Below are positions 30,111 through 38,700 of a stretch of DNA of 64,000 nucleotides, one piece after another. The stretch covers positions 32,871-96,870 of the forward strand of contig CAYHJU010000001.1 of assembly GCA_964357175.1 (NCBI GenBank), read 5' to 3'. Under the pieces are notes generated by a model that was given only the letters and a program-made list of their open reading frames with translations, was not told the DNA's origin and ran no database searches. The position numbers and the translations under genes were made by a program. This DNA is from an uncultured Candidatus Saccharibacteria bacterium. Its GTDB lineage: Bacteria > Patescibacteriota > Minisyncoccia > GWC2-36-17 > CAYHJU01. Positions within the stretch are counted from its first letter, which is position 1, and every line of letters starts with the position of its first letter.

Positions 30111-30742
30111 TCAGTCAAATCGTAGGGTCAATAAGCAGTTTTGCTTTATATGTTATAGATTCGATGGGATATTTTGGGGTGTTTTTATTGATGGCGCTGG
30201 AAAGTTTTAATATTCCGATACCCTCGGAAGTCATTATGCCGTTTGCTGGTTTTTTAGCCGCCAAGGGCTCGATGTCTTTTTGGTGGGTGGTGGCCTTGGG
30301 AGTCGTTGGTAATTTGGTGGGTTCAATATTCAATTATTATCTGGGATATTTTGGCGGCAGATCTTTTTTGATAAAATTTGGTAAATATTTTTTTGTTCAT
30401 GAAAAAGACTTAGTGTTGGCCGACAAGTGGTTTGCCAGGTTTGGTTTGCGCGCAGTATTTTTTAGCCGCATGTTGCCTGTTATCAGAACTTTTATATCCT
30501 TGCCAGCCGGCATAACAAAAGTTCCATTTATCAAATTTGCTACCTATACTTTTTTGGGCGTTATACCTTGGAGCATAGCCTTGACCTATGTGGGATTTTA
30601 TTTAGGAGAGCGTTGGGATGTCTTGCATGTTTGGTTTCAAAAACTGGACTGGCTGATTGTAGTCGCGATAATATTGGCAATTTTGTGGTGGATTTTTAAG
30701 CATAGAAAATTTATTCATAATGTTGAAAAAAATGAAAAATAA
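30107..30742 (+). CDS. DedA/SNARE-associated family membrane protein
   Basis: Multi-TM ~210 aa with the DedA-like G..G..F.. pattern. Confidence 0.7.
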   Translation: MISQIVGSISSFALYVIDSMGYFGVFLLMALESFNIPIPSEVIMPFAGFLAAKGSMSFWWVVALGVVGNLVGSIFNYYLGYFGGRSFLIKFGKYFFVHEKDLVLADKWFARFGLRAVFFSRMLPVIRTFISLPAGITKVPFIKFATYTFLGVIPWSIALTYVGFYLGERWDVLHVWFQKLDWLIVVAIILAILWWIFKHRKFIHNVEKNEK

Positions 30743-31490
30743 AAAAATTATAGTAGCAAACTGGAAAATGAATCCGACATCTTTTCAGGAGGCTCAAAAA
30801 ATTTTAAAAAACACCATTAAATCGGTGAAGCCGTCTAAAAAATCCGAAGTGGTTTTTTGTGTGCCGTTTGTATGGTTAGAGAAGATTGGGCGTTTATTAA
30901 AAAATAAGCAAGGATACTCTTTGGGAGCTCAAAATGCCTTTTGGGAAAGCGAATCGGGAGCTTTTACAGGAGAAATTTCCCCAATTATGCTAAAAAATCT
31001 GGGCGTTCAGTATGTCATTTTGGGGCATTCAGAAAGAAGAAGATGGCTCAAAGAAAATAATGAAGTGGTAAATAAAAAAGTTAAAAGCGCGCTGGAAGCA
31101 GGGCTCAAGGTTATTTTGTGTGTAGGGGAGTGGGACAGGCAAGATGCAAACTATGTGGATTTTGTTATTGAACAATTAAAATCAGCGACGGCTGGGTTGT
31201 CTGTCCGAGATCTGAATAGTCTAATAGTGGCGTACGAGCCGGTGTGGGCGATTGGAAGCGGACTGTCGGACACCCCAGATAATGCGATGTCTATGGCCAT
31301 TTTGATTAAAAAAACTATCAGCAATCAATTTTCAAAAAAACGCTCAATTAAAGTCAAGGTTTTATATGGGGGGTCGGTAAATTCTGAAAATGCAGGCAAA
31401 TTTTTAAAACAAGAATCCATTGACGGAGCGCTTGTGGGCAGGGCGAGCCTAGATTCCAAAAACTTTGCAGAGATAGTGAGGTCATTTTAA
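30720..31490 (+). CDS. tpiA: triosephosphate isomerase
   Basis: VANWKMN, catalytic AYEPVWAIGSG, GGS loop. Confidence 0.9.
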   Translation: MLKKMKNKKIIVANWKMNPTSFQEAQKILKNTIKSVKPSKKSEVVFCVPFVWLEKIGRLLKNKQGYSLGAQNAFWESESGAFTGEISPIMLKNLGVQYVILGHSERRRWLKENNEVVNKKVKSALEAGLKVILCVGEWDRQDANYVDFVIEQLKSATAGLSVRDLNSLIVAYEPVWAIGSGLSDTPDNAMSMAILIKKTISNQFSKKRSIKVKVLYGGSVNSENAGKFLKQESIDGALVGRASLDSKNFAEIVRSF

Positions 31491-31580
31491 GTTGACTTTT
31501 GAAGCTAAATGCGTTAAAAATATAGGTAATAGCTTTTGGCTACTATTTACTACTTTCTATTTTCTAAATTCTGTTTTCGT

Positions 31581-31654
31581 CGCGGGGTAGAGCAGCCCGG
31601 TAGCTCGCCTGGCCCATAACCAGGAGGTCGTTGGTTCAAATCCAACCCCCGCAA
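31581..31654 (+). tRNA. initiator tRNA-fMet (CAU)
   Basis: Near-identical to bacterial tRNAfMet: CGCGGGG acceptor with C1xA72 mismatch, CCTGG/CCAGG anticodon stem, loop CCCATAA, T-arm GGTTCAAATCC. Confidence 0.85.
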
Positions 31655-31662
31655 CAATTTTA

Positions 31663-31710
31663 AAACAACACCTCGCCATAGCGAGGTGTTGTTTTAAATC
31701 CTTTTTTTTG
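31663..31710 (+). terminator. rho-independent terminator after tRNA-fMet
   Basis: AACAACACCTCGCcataGCGAGGTGTTGTT followed by a T9 run. Confidence 0.65.
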
Positions 31711-31738
31711 GTATTTTATTAGAGGTGGAGCCTTAAAC

Positions 31739-31811
31739 GGCTGGGTAGCTCAGTGGTTAGAGCGGAGCCCTCATAAAGCTTAGGTCGTGGGTTCGACTCC
31801 CACCCCAGCCA
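31739..31811 (+). tRNA. tRNA-Met (CAU; elongator Met, or Ile2 if lysidinylated)
   Basis: Acceptor GGCTGGG/CCCAGCC, D-arm GCTCAGTGGTTAGAGC, anticodon loop CTCATAA, T-arm GTGGGTTCGACTCCCAC. Confidence 0.75.
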
Positions 31812-31826
31812 CTTAACATTATATTT

Positions 31827-33353
31827 ATGCAAAACAATCTTTGCGACTTAGAGATTTTAAAGAAAAAACACGAGCATTTGCTGGAAAAAATACCGCAGGA
31901 ATTTTGGTACAGTTTAGTTTTTGACAATGCGCTTTTGGTGCCGGGGAAATCTTTGCCATCGCGCGATCCTCAAAGGGGCGGAGCTGATATTTCCGGTAAA
32001 TTTTCAAGGCACATTGATCTTAAGGTGCCACTAATCAGCTCTAACATGAATAGTGTCACAGAGGCGCGTATGGCGATAGCTATGGCGCGTCTTGGTGGAA
32101 TAGGGGTTTTGCATAGATTTTGCAGTATTGAGGACGAGGCAAAGATGGTGGCGGATGTAAAAAGGGCCGAGGGATTTAAGATAGATGATCCCTATAAAGT
32201 TCACTTTAAGGCAACCTTGGGTGAGGCCCAGGAATTAATGTCAGACAAAAACACCTCGGGACTTTTGGTGGTGGACAATAGAGATAAATTGGTGGGTATT
32301 TTCACTAGGCGCGATATGCCTATTAGGGGAGAAAAGAGTATTTTAATAAAAAATTTGATGACACCTCGAAACAAATTGGTGGTGGCGCCAGAAGATGTAA
32401 ATATTGAAAAAATAATTAAAATTTTTGATAAAACTAAAAAAGAAAAATTGCCACTCGTGGATAAAAAAGACAGGGTCGTGGGGCTTGTTACTAAAAAAGA
32501 TATAGAAAAATTGTTATTTTATAAAAATTCTACCAAAGACAAAAATAGCCGTTTGCAAGTTGCCGCGGCTATCGGTGTGACGGAAGATGAAAAAGAACGG
32601 GCGAAAGAGCTGGTGAAAATTGGAGCGGACGCTTTAGTGGTTGATATAGCCAACGGCCATTCAGACAGTTTGATAAAAATGCTTGCATTTTTAAAGAAAA
32701 AATTTCCCGAAGTTGATGTAGTGGCGGGAAATGTAGCCACATATCAGGCCGCTAAAGATTTGATAGAAGCCGGAGCAGATGCCATAAAAGTGGGAATTGG
32801 TTCAGGAGCAGCCTGCAAGACAAGAGAGCAGACTGGTTTTGGTGTTTCGCAAATTTCAGCTATCTTGCAAGCATCGGCTTTGGACAGCGGTGTGCCATTG
32901 ATTGCCGACGGCGGGGTTCGCAAACCGGCCGACTTTGTGAAAGCTTTGGCCGCGGGCGCTTCCAGCGTTATGATGGGTGGTATTTTTGCCAGTACCGATG
33001 AATCGCCCGGAATAATCGTAGACAAGGGATCGCGGGGCAAGTTTAAAATATACCAAGGGATGGCTTCATATAAGGCTGTCTTGGACAGAATTGTGCGTTC
33101 GGGAGAGGGGATCAAGATGGAAAAAATACGCGCCTTGGAGGATGTTTCAGAAAACGTAGACGAGGGCGTTTCGGGCGAGGTGCGTTATAGCGGATCAGTG
33201 GCGCAAATATTTAAAGAATATGCCGGTGGAGCGCGTTCGGCTTTTAGCTATGGATCTTCGCAAAACCTTAAAGAATTTCAAAAATCAGTCCAGTTTGTCT
33301 ATCAAACAGAAAGCGGTGCCCGCGAAAGCGCCCCGCACGATATGATTTATTGA
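31827..33353 (+). CDS. guaB: IMP dehydrogenase
   Basis: Catalytic loop GIGSGAACKTREQTGFG with active-site Cys, tandem CBS domains, TIM barrel; 508 aa. Confidence 0.9.
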   Translation: MQNNLCDLEILKKKHEHLLEKIPQEFWYSLVFDNALLVPGKSLPSRDPQRGGADISGKFSRHIDLKVPLISSNMNSVTEARMAIAMARLGGIGVLHRFCSIEDEAKMVADVKRAEGFKIDDPYKVHFKATLGEAQELMSDKNTSGLLVVDNRDKLVGIFTRRDMPIRGEKSILIKNLMTPRNKLVVAPEDVNIEKIIKIFDKTKKEKLPLVDKKDRVVGLVTKKDIEKLLFYKNSTKDKNSRLQVAAAIGVTEDEKERAKELVKIGADALVVDIANGHSDSLIKMLAFLKKKFPEVDVVAGNVATYQAAKDLIEAGADAIKVGIGSGAACKTREQTGFGVSQISAILQASALDSGVPLIADGGVRKPADFVKALAAGASSVMMGGIFASTDESPGIIVDKGSRGKFKIYQGMASYKAVLDRIVRSGEGIKMEKIRALEDVSENVDEGVSGEVRYSGSVAQIFKEYAGGARSAFSYGSSQNLKEFQKSVQFVYQTESGARESAPHDMIY

Positions 33354-33366
33354 TTATATTTATGTT

Positions 33367-33401
33367 TAAAAAACTCCTCTCTGCTGAGAGGAGTTTTTTA
33401 A
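33367..33401. terminator. bidirectional terminator between guaB and the R-M operon
   Basis: AAAAAACTCCTCTCTGCTGAGAGGAGTTTTTT: symmetric hairpin with an A-run 5' and a T-run 3'. Confidence 0.7.
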
Positions 33402-33422
33402 ATAACTTATTTTTTAATGAAT

Positions 33423-34124
33423 TTATTTATTTTTTAATTTTTTTATTTCCATCTCAATCTCTTTTAAAACTTCTTTATTTCCAATCTCTCCATCTAAACT
33501 AAAAATAATAAATACTCCTCCTTTATATTTTTTTTCAAAATCAGCAAAATTCGCCTCCATTCTTTCTGATATGGAATAATTGCCGAAATTTGCTTTTGCT
33601 GTTATTGGTTTGATTTGTATTCCAAAGGCATGTTTACCAACAAGCCCCAAATAATCTATGTCGCCGGCATGATCTAAATCGGTTTCGCTTTCAACAAATT
33701 TTACTTCCGGAAAATGTTTTGCTAGCCCATCATTTACTACGGATTTTTCACGAATAAAGCCATCATAAGTACGATTTACCGTCAGATTGTAGATATAGTC
33801 CATGCAATCTTGCAGGGACAGTTCATTAAATGCTGCTTGCCACTCAGGAATTACAACTTCGGTAATTTTCTCATATAAACGTTCGCCTAATTCTTTTAAA
33901 ATTTTCGGCGTTATTTTTATGGGACTTTTGTTTTCGGTATATGCTTTTTCAAAATACCACTTTTTCCATTCCCCAATTGTTTTGGGCTGGCATTCTCTTA
34001 TCAACGCCATTACTGCGCCAACTTTATTTGGTCGAGATAATTGATAAGTTTGGCAGGCATAATTTAAAACCTTTTCCTTTTTACCGAAATCCATTGAAAA
34101 TTTTCCCGATATTTTATTTGCCAT
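33423..34124 (-). CDS. candidate type II restriction endonuclease (partner of the adjacent methyltransferase)
   Basis: 233-aa ORF overlapping the 3' end of the MTase gene (operon). Possible PD-(D/E)xK-like D...DIDYLG...IQIK segment; no firm family assignment. Confidence 0.4.
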   Translation of the reverse strand: MANKISGKFSMDFGKKEKVLNYACQTYQLSRPNKVGAVMALIRECQPKTIGEWKKWYFEKAYTENKSPIKITPKILKELGERLYEKITEVVIPEWQAAFNELSLQDCMDYIYNLTVNRTYDGFIREKSVVNDGLAKHFPEVKFVESETDLDHAGDIDYLGLVGKHAFGIQIKPITAKANFGNYSISERMEANFADFEKKYKGGVFIIFSLDGEIGNKEVLKEIEMEIKKLKNK

Positions 34125-35409
34125 AACTATACTTTAATAAATTACTAAATTTGTCTTTATATTTATATTCCATCTCGGTGTCAGGTAAGGCTAGTCCATT
34201 TTTTATTAAATGAGCGTTGATAAAAGTTTTATTCTGTAAATAAAGATAAGCTAATAAATTATTTTTATCATCATATTTTTGAGAATCAAATTTCATAAAC
34301 ACCCTTTGCCCCTTTGTTTTTTTGGACAAATAATCTATGGCCTTGCCATTAATTTTGAGATCTTGTTTTATGCCAATTAGTCTAATAATTAAACCATTGC
34401 TCAACCTAATGATTTCAGGGCTAATTATTTCTTTTACTGAGAATAGACTCTCTTTTTTTGATTGGTTATTATCAATTTTTGATCCGAACTGTAATTTTTT
34501 AGGATCTATTTTTTTATCCAATTTATGTGGATCTTTAAATATGTATGGCAATCGACTTAAGTTTTCATTAAAATCGGCATTTTTTCTACTCTTAATGAAT
34601 TCAAAAGAATTATTATTAAAATTAAATGAATCAACGACACCAATTTTAGTTTTGATGATTGGTAAAAACTCAGAATTAATTTCGTACCCGACCGAATTTC
34701 TATCAAGATTTTTTGCAGCTAAGGATGTAGTTCCGCTTCCTAAAAATGGATCCAACACAGTATCGTCAACAAATGAAAACATTTTTATTAGCCTCCGCGG
34801 TAATTCTTCCGGAAACATTGCAATATGGCCATCTTGTCTGGCTCCGCCAAAATTCCAATGACCCTGAAAATATTGATTCCACTCCTCTTTGCTTAATTTA
34901 GATTTTTCCTTTATCTCTTTATCAATTTTGGGCGCATCGCCTTGTTTTTTAAATATTAAAATAAATTCATAATCTAATTTTATAATTCCGTTTCTTGGAT
35001 ATGGAAAGCTGCCCATTATGGTTGCTCCGCCAGTAGTGTTCATAGTGGTGGATTTTTGCCAAATAATTGCTCCCATATAATCAAGTCCGATCGTTTCGCA
35101 AAATTTAATAACCTCTGTTCTTATGGGGATTACCTTGTAACGACCATAATAAACAGAGCGAGCAAATTGATCGCCGATATTTATACAAAGACGACAGCCA
35201 TTTTTTAAAACTCGATTACATTCGCTCCAAACCAAATTCAAATGATTGATGTATTTTTCATAACTATCATTAAAACCAATCTGATTATCTGAACCGTAAT
35301 CCTTTAATTGCCAATATGGTGGCGATGTAATAATTAAATGTACGCTCTCGTTTGGCAATTCTTTCATTGCCCGCGAATCGCCACTAATTATTTTATGACT
35401 TGTTTTCAT
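34114..35409 (-). CDS. beta-class N4-cytosine/N6-adenine DNA methyltransferase with a C-terminal SNase-like (thermonuclease-fold) extension
   Basis: Motif IV SPPY (IITSPPYW) precedes motif I (DPFLGSGTT), i.e. beta-class order. The C-terminal ~130 aa align to staphylococcal nuclease (IRLIGI..., DKNNLLAYLYL, INAHLIKNGLA) but lack the DTPE catalytic motif. Confidence 0.75.
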   Translation of the reverse strand: MKTSHKIISGDSRAMKELPNESVHLIITSPPYWQLKDYGSDNQIGFNDSYEKYINHLNLVWSECNRVLKNGCRLCINIGDQFARSVYYGRYKVIPIRTEVIKFCETIGLDYMGAIIWQKSTTMNTTGGATIMGSFPYPRNGIIKLDYEFILIFKKQGDAPKIDKEIKEKSKLSKEEWNQYFQGHWNFGGARQDGHIAMFPEELPRRLIKMFSFVDDTVLDPFLGSGTTSLAAKNLDRNSVGYEINSEFLPIIKTKIGVVDSFNFNNNSFEFIKSRKNADFNENLSRLPYIFKDPHKLDKKIDPKKLQFGSKIDNNQSKKESLFSVKEIISPEIIRLSNGLIIRLIGIKQDLKINGKAIDYLSKKTKGQRVFMKFDSQKYDDKNNLLAYLYLQNKTFINAHLIKNGLALPDTEMEYKYKDKFSNLLKYSYGK

Positions 35410-35503
35410 AACAACTATAATTTTAGCAAAATCAAGCGATTTTGTGAAATTCTACAAAAAATCAACACCCACTTAAAATGTTTATTTTGTTTTTATATAA
35501 ACC

Positions 35504-35851
35504 TTATCTAAGGTAAGGATTCTTTGCTCGAAGAGAATCTACGTCATCTTTTAGCCCAGACTGTTTAATGTCCAATTTTAACTGGTCTTCTTTTGTCGTG
35601 TGAATCTGTTCGAGCAGGTTGTCGTTTCGCTCTCGATCGCTTTTATTTGACAGTAACACTTGCACCGCTACGGTTACAACAATTAAAATCGTGGCAATAA
35701 CTACAGCTATAATGATGTTAAAATTTCTCAACTCTTGTTTATCGGCCAACTGCTCTATTTTTACTAGACGTTTAGAAAGCTCATCGAGTGTTTCAGATTG
35801 TGCCTTAACAACATCGAATATCTTGGTTTTTGAAGGTGTCTGATCTATCAT
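35504..35851 (-). CDS. hypothetical bitopic membrane protein with coiled coil
   Basis: Central TM helix IIIAVVIATILIVVTVAV flanked by charged coiled-coil segments. Confidence 0.35.
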   Translation of the reverse strand: MIDQTPSKTKIFDVVKAQSETLDELSKRLVKIEQLADKQELRNFNIIIAVVIATILIVVTVAVQVLLSNKSDRERNDNLLEQIHTTKEDQLKLDIKQSGLKDDVDSLRAKNPYLR

Positions 35852-35853
35852 GT

Positions 35854-36087
35854 TTACTTATAAAAACCAACTATTTTTAGGTGATTATCCGGTTGTTTCA
35901 CTACTGCTACATCTAAATATTTATACAAATGAAAATCAACGCCCCCAAAAGCGACGCCTCTTTGAAAAATTACACCTGGTCCAAAAAAAACCCCATTTAT
36001 TTCTACCTGAACTTTAGGAGACAGTGAGCCGTCCAGTAATTCTTGGAAGACATCTAAAAATTTATAGCGCCTTGGTTGTTCGTCCAT
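35854..36087 (-). CDS. hypothetical small protein
   Basis: 77-aa ORF abutting the downstream ORF (2-nt gap), probably co-transcribed. Confidence 0.3.
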   Translation of the reverse strand: MDEQPRRYKFLDVFQELLDGSLSPKVQVEINGVFFGPGVIFQRGVAFGGVDFHLYKYLDVAVVKQPDNHLKIVGFYK

Positions 36088-36162
36088 ATGTTCATTCTAT
36101 CTCATTCAAAACAATATAACAAAAATTATTATTTTATTTCAGTTACAACTTAGTAATTTGTG

Positions 36163-36237
36163 CGGACCGTAGGGGATTTGAACCCCTGGTCTCCTCCGTG
36201 ACAGGGAGGCGTGTTAACCGGGCTACACCAACGGTCC
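36163..36237 (-). tRNA. tRNA-Asp (GUC)
   Basis: Minus strand: acceptor GGACCGT/ACGGTCC, anticodon stem CCTCC/GGAGG, loop CTGTCAC, T-arm AGGGGTTCAAATCCCCT, discriminator G. Confidence 0.8.
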
Positions 36238-36238
36238 A

Positions 36239-36487
36239 TTAATTAATATGTAATTTTTTAAACAAAATCTCCTTTTGCTGACTGTGTGTTTTTAATTCTA
36301 TTTCGCGTTTTAATGCGTCCACTTTCATTAGGTAAGCTTCATAATAGAGTAATGTAAATGGTGCGTATGACTTGGTCGACTTAACCTTTTTAGCATTATG
36401 CTCTTCAAATCTTCTTTTGAGATCTGATGTGGATCCTATATATATCCATTTCTTTATACCACTTTTTATTACATAAACATAATGCAT
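36239..36487 (-). CDS. stand-alone GIY-YIG nuclease domain protein (82 aa)
   Basis: MHYVYVIKS...KWIYIGST...R..EHN motif layout, paralogous to the ORF at 18523. Stop is 2 nt from the tRNA-Asp 5' end. Start set at the internal ATG (the ORF track extends into the pseudo-tRNA). Confidence 0.75.
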   Translation of the reverse strand: MHYVYVIKSGIKKWIYIGSTSDLKRRFEEHNAKKVKSTKSYAPFTLLYYEAYLMKVDALKREIELKTHSQQKEILFKKLHIN

Positions 36488-36499
36488 GTTCAAGTTATT

Positions 36500-36560
36500 A
36501 TTAAGCGAACCCTGGCTATCACCCTGCGGGTGACCACCCGTAGGGTGGCACCAACGGTCC
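36500..36560 (-). pseudogene. truncated 5' copy of tRNA-Asp with two palindromic hairpins inserted in the D-arm
   Basis: Minus strand reads GGACCGTTGGTG[CCACCCTACGGGTGG][TCACCCGCAGGGTGA]TAGCCAGGGTT..., matching tRNA-Asp positions 1-12 and ~13-22 around the inserted hairpins. Confidence 0.5.
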
Positions 36561-36699
36561 ATCTAATACAAAAATTTTATCATAAAAATTAGTAAAAGCA
36601 AATTAGCTTTGCCACGTTTGACGTGGCTTTGCTTTAAATGTTTAAATTCATTATACTGATTTAAGTCAGGAAACAAGCGTGAGTTTATAATACAAAAAC

Positions 36700-37293
36700 A
36701 TGGAAGTAAAACATCTTCAATTTGAATTGAATAAGAGTTATTTGAGAGGCAAAACTTTTATATATCCCACGGACACTTGCTATGGTCTGGGGTGTTTGCT
36801 ATCTGACGAGGAGGCAATCAAAAAAATTTATCAAATTAAAAAAAGAGACGTCGGCAAACCATTCAGTATCATGGTTTTAGACAAGTTGATGTTTAAAAGA
36901 TACGGCCAGGTTGATAAAAATGTAGAAATTTTAATAGACAAATATTTGCCCGGAGCGCTTACCATAGTCGTTTCCAAGGGCAGAAAAATACCCAATTTTT
37001 TTAACGAGGGATTTGATAGCGTGGGCATTCGTATACCAAACAATAAATTTTGTTTGAAATTGATCAAAATCGCCAAAGAGCCGATTATTACCACGAGCGC
37101 CAATATTTCCGGAGAGAATAGCTTATATAGGCCCGCGGATATTTTAAACGAATTTTCGGGAAAAAGTTTTAGTGAGAGACCGGACATATTCTTTAATGGC
37201 GGCACGCTATGCGAAGTGAAGCCCTCTACCATCGTGAAAGTGGGTGGTGATAATCTGGAGGTCTTGCGTCAAGGAGAACTTAAAATATCTTAA
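36700..37293 (+). CDS. tsaC: L-threonylcarbamoyladenylate synthase (YrdC/Sua5 family)
   Basis: YPTDTCYGLGC motif and YrdC fold length (~197 aa). Confidence 0.8.
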   Translation: MEVKHLQFELNKSYLRGKTFIYPTDTCYGLGCLLSDEEAIKKIYQIKKRDVGKPFSIMVLDKLMFKRYGQVDKNVEILIDKYLPGALTIVVSKGRKIPNFFNEGFDSVGIRIPNNKFCLKLIKIAKEPIITTSANISGENSLYRPADILNEFSGKSFSERPDIFFNGGTLCEVKPSTIVKVGGDNLEVLRQGELKIS

Positions 37294-37335
37294 ATTGTTT
37301 GGCGAGCCATAATTTTTATTGTATAATTTGATTAT

Positions 37336-37803
37336 ATGAGAATAAATAAATTATTGGTAATTTCAGCTGTTATTTTAGTGGGCGCTTTTTTGTTCGCCGC
37401 ATTTGTGTTGCCAGTATTTGCCCAAAGCGGTAATCCCGAAAATCCTCTGAAGTTTGGCAGTGTGGGAGAGCTAATCAATCAAATTGCTGATTTTATAATT
37501 ATCGTGGCCTTGCCTATCGCTACCATTATGATAATTTACGCGGCGTTTTTGTTTATCACAGCGGGAGGCAGTGAAGAAAGAGTAAAAAAGGCCAGACAGG
37601 TCATCATTTTGGCCGTGGTGGGCATAGCTATACTTTTGATAGCCAAAGGGGCGGCGATAGTAATTAAAGATGTTTTGGGAGTGAATCCGTCTCCGACAAA
37701 TTCTCCATCTTCAATAAATTCACCAGCCTCAACAAATTCACTAAACTCCACAATCTCCCCGTCCCCAACAGCTTCAACTGGGCCTTTAACTATTATATTC
37801 TAG
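37336..37803 (+). CDS. TrbC/VirB2-like pilin-type membrane protein with Pro/Ser-rich tail (hypothetical)
   Basis: Signal peptide (..VFA|QSG), then two hydrophobic helices separated by a short charged loop (TAGGSEERVKKARQ), then a low-complexity S/P/N-rich C-terminus. Confidence 0.35.
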   Translation: MRINKLLVISAVILVGAFLFAAFVLPVFAQSGNPENPLKFGSVGELINQIADFIIIVALPIATIMIIYAAFLFITAGGSEERVKKARQVIILAVVGIAILLIAKGAAIVIKDVLGVNPSPTNSPSSINSPASTNSLNSTISPSPTASTGPLTIIF

Positions 37804-37810
37804 TGAATAT

Positions 37811-38698
37811 TTGCCAAATGGTGAAGCGACAAAGGATTATCCTCCGCAAACTATGCAGGTTTCGGGGGGAGCGCCAGCCTACGCTTGGAGCGTTTCGGGC
37901 GGATCTTTGCCGCCTGGCATAAGCATGAATAGCTCAGGGGCTGTTTTCGGAATACCTACTAAAAGCGGTAGTTATAATTTTGCAATAAAAACAATAGATA
38001 GTCTTAAGAATTCTGTCAGTAAAAATTTTCAATTAACCGTCAATTCGCCTCCAGACGCTTCCAAGTGTGTTACGATAGACGGGAGCGGTTCCATTGGCAT
38101 AGAGCTTATTGCTCGCGATACAGGTTTTATGGACATAGGTCAGAGTTGTGGTGCCAGGTGGAGTCTACAATCTTTTTTGGCTGGTGACGAAAGAAAAAAG
38201 TGGGTGGCTTTTGCCGATAGTTTGAAACCGGTTTTACACAATTTTAAACCAATCACTGCCGCCAGATGGACTCTTTATAGATCCGACGATTTTGGCGCTT
38301 CTGCCTGTCAAAATGTTTCTGAAAAAGTTTATGTGGTTCCCTGCGACTATGGGTTTAGAGCCAATGCCTTTATGGGCGGACATGAAGTTCGCCTGGCTCT
38401 TTCTGATGATTATACAGTGCTTGCTCATGAAATAGGTCATTCTTTTGCTAATTTGTACGATGAATATTCAGAAGCCGGTCGCGAGCCCCTAGAGGGTGGT
38501 GCTGGAAATTGTATCAAACTTCAAAACATAAAAGATTGTCCATGGTCTACCGGTTGTTTTGATGGTTGTAACTATCAGAGCGCTGGAAAGGGTTGGTATA
38601 GAGACGCCCAACAAGACCTTATGGCTAGTGGTCAGATAAACGATGATCAATATGGTCCGATTGATATGAAAATTATTAGAGCGCTTCTTTCAAAATAA
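37811..38698 (+). CDS. zinc metallopeptidase, M64 (IgA-peptidase)-like, with N-terminal putative Ig-like domain
   Basis: HEIGHSFANLYDEY (HExxH...DEY) signature. N-terminal 'putative Ig' motif (..GSLPPGISMNSSGAVFGIPT..). ORF track starts at a TTG; first ATG is at 37853. Confidence 0.55.
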   Translation: MPNGEATKDYPPQTMQVSGGAPAYAWSVSGGSLPPGISMNSSGAVFGIPTKSGSYNFAIKTIDSLKNSVSKNFQLTVNSPPDASKCVTIDGSGSIGIELIARDTGFMDIGQSCGARWSLQSFLAGDERKKWVAFADSLKPVLHNFKPITAARWTLYRSDDFGASACQNVSEKVYVVPCDYGFRANAFMGGHEVRLALSDDYTVLAHEIGHSFANLYDEYSEAGREPLEGGAGNCIKLQNIKDCPWSTGCFDGCNYQSAGKGWYRDAQQDLMASGQINDDQYGPIDMKIIRALLSK

Positions 38699-38700
38699 AT

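Noticed and set aside
33423-36100. Idea that the R-M region is an island integrated into the tRNA-Asp 3' end
   Set aside because: No direct repeat of the tRNA-Asp 3' end was found at the far boundary near 33360-33420. Composition matches the host.
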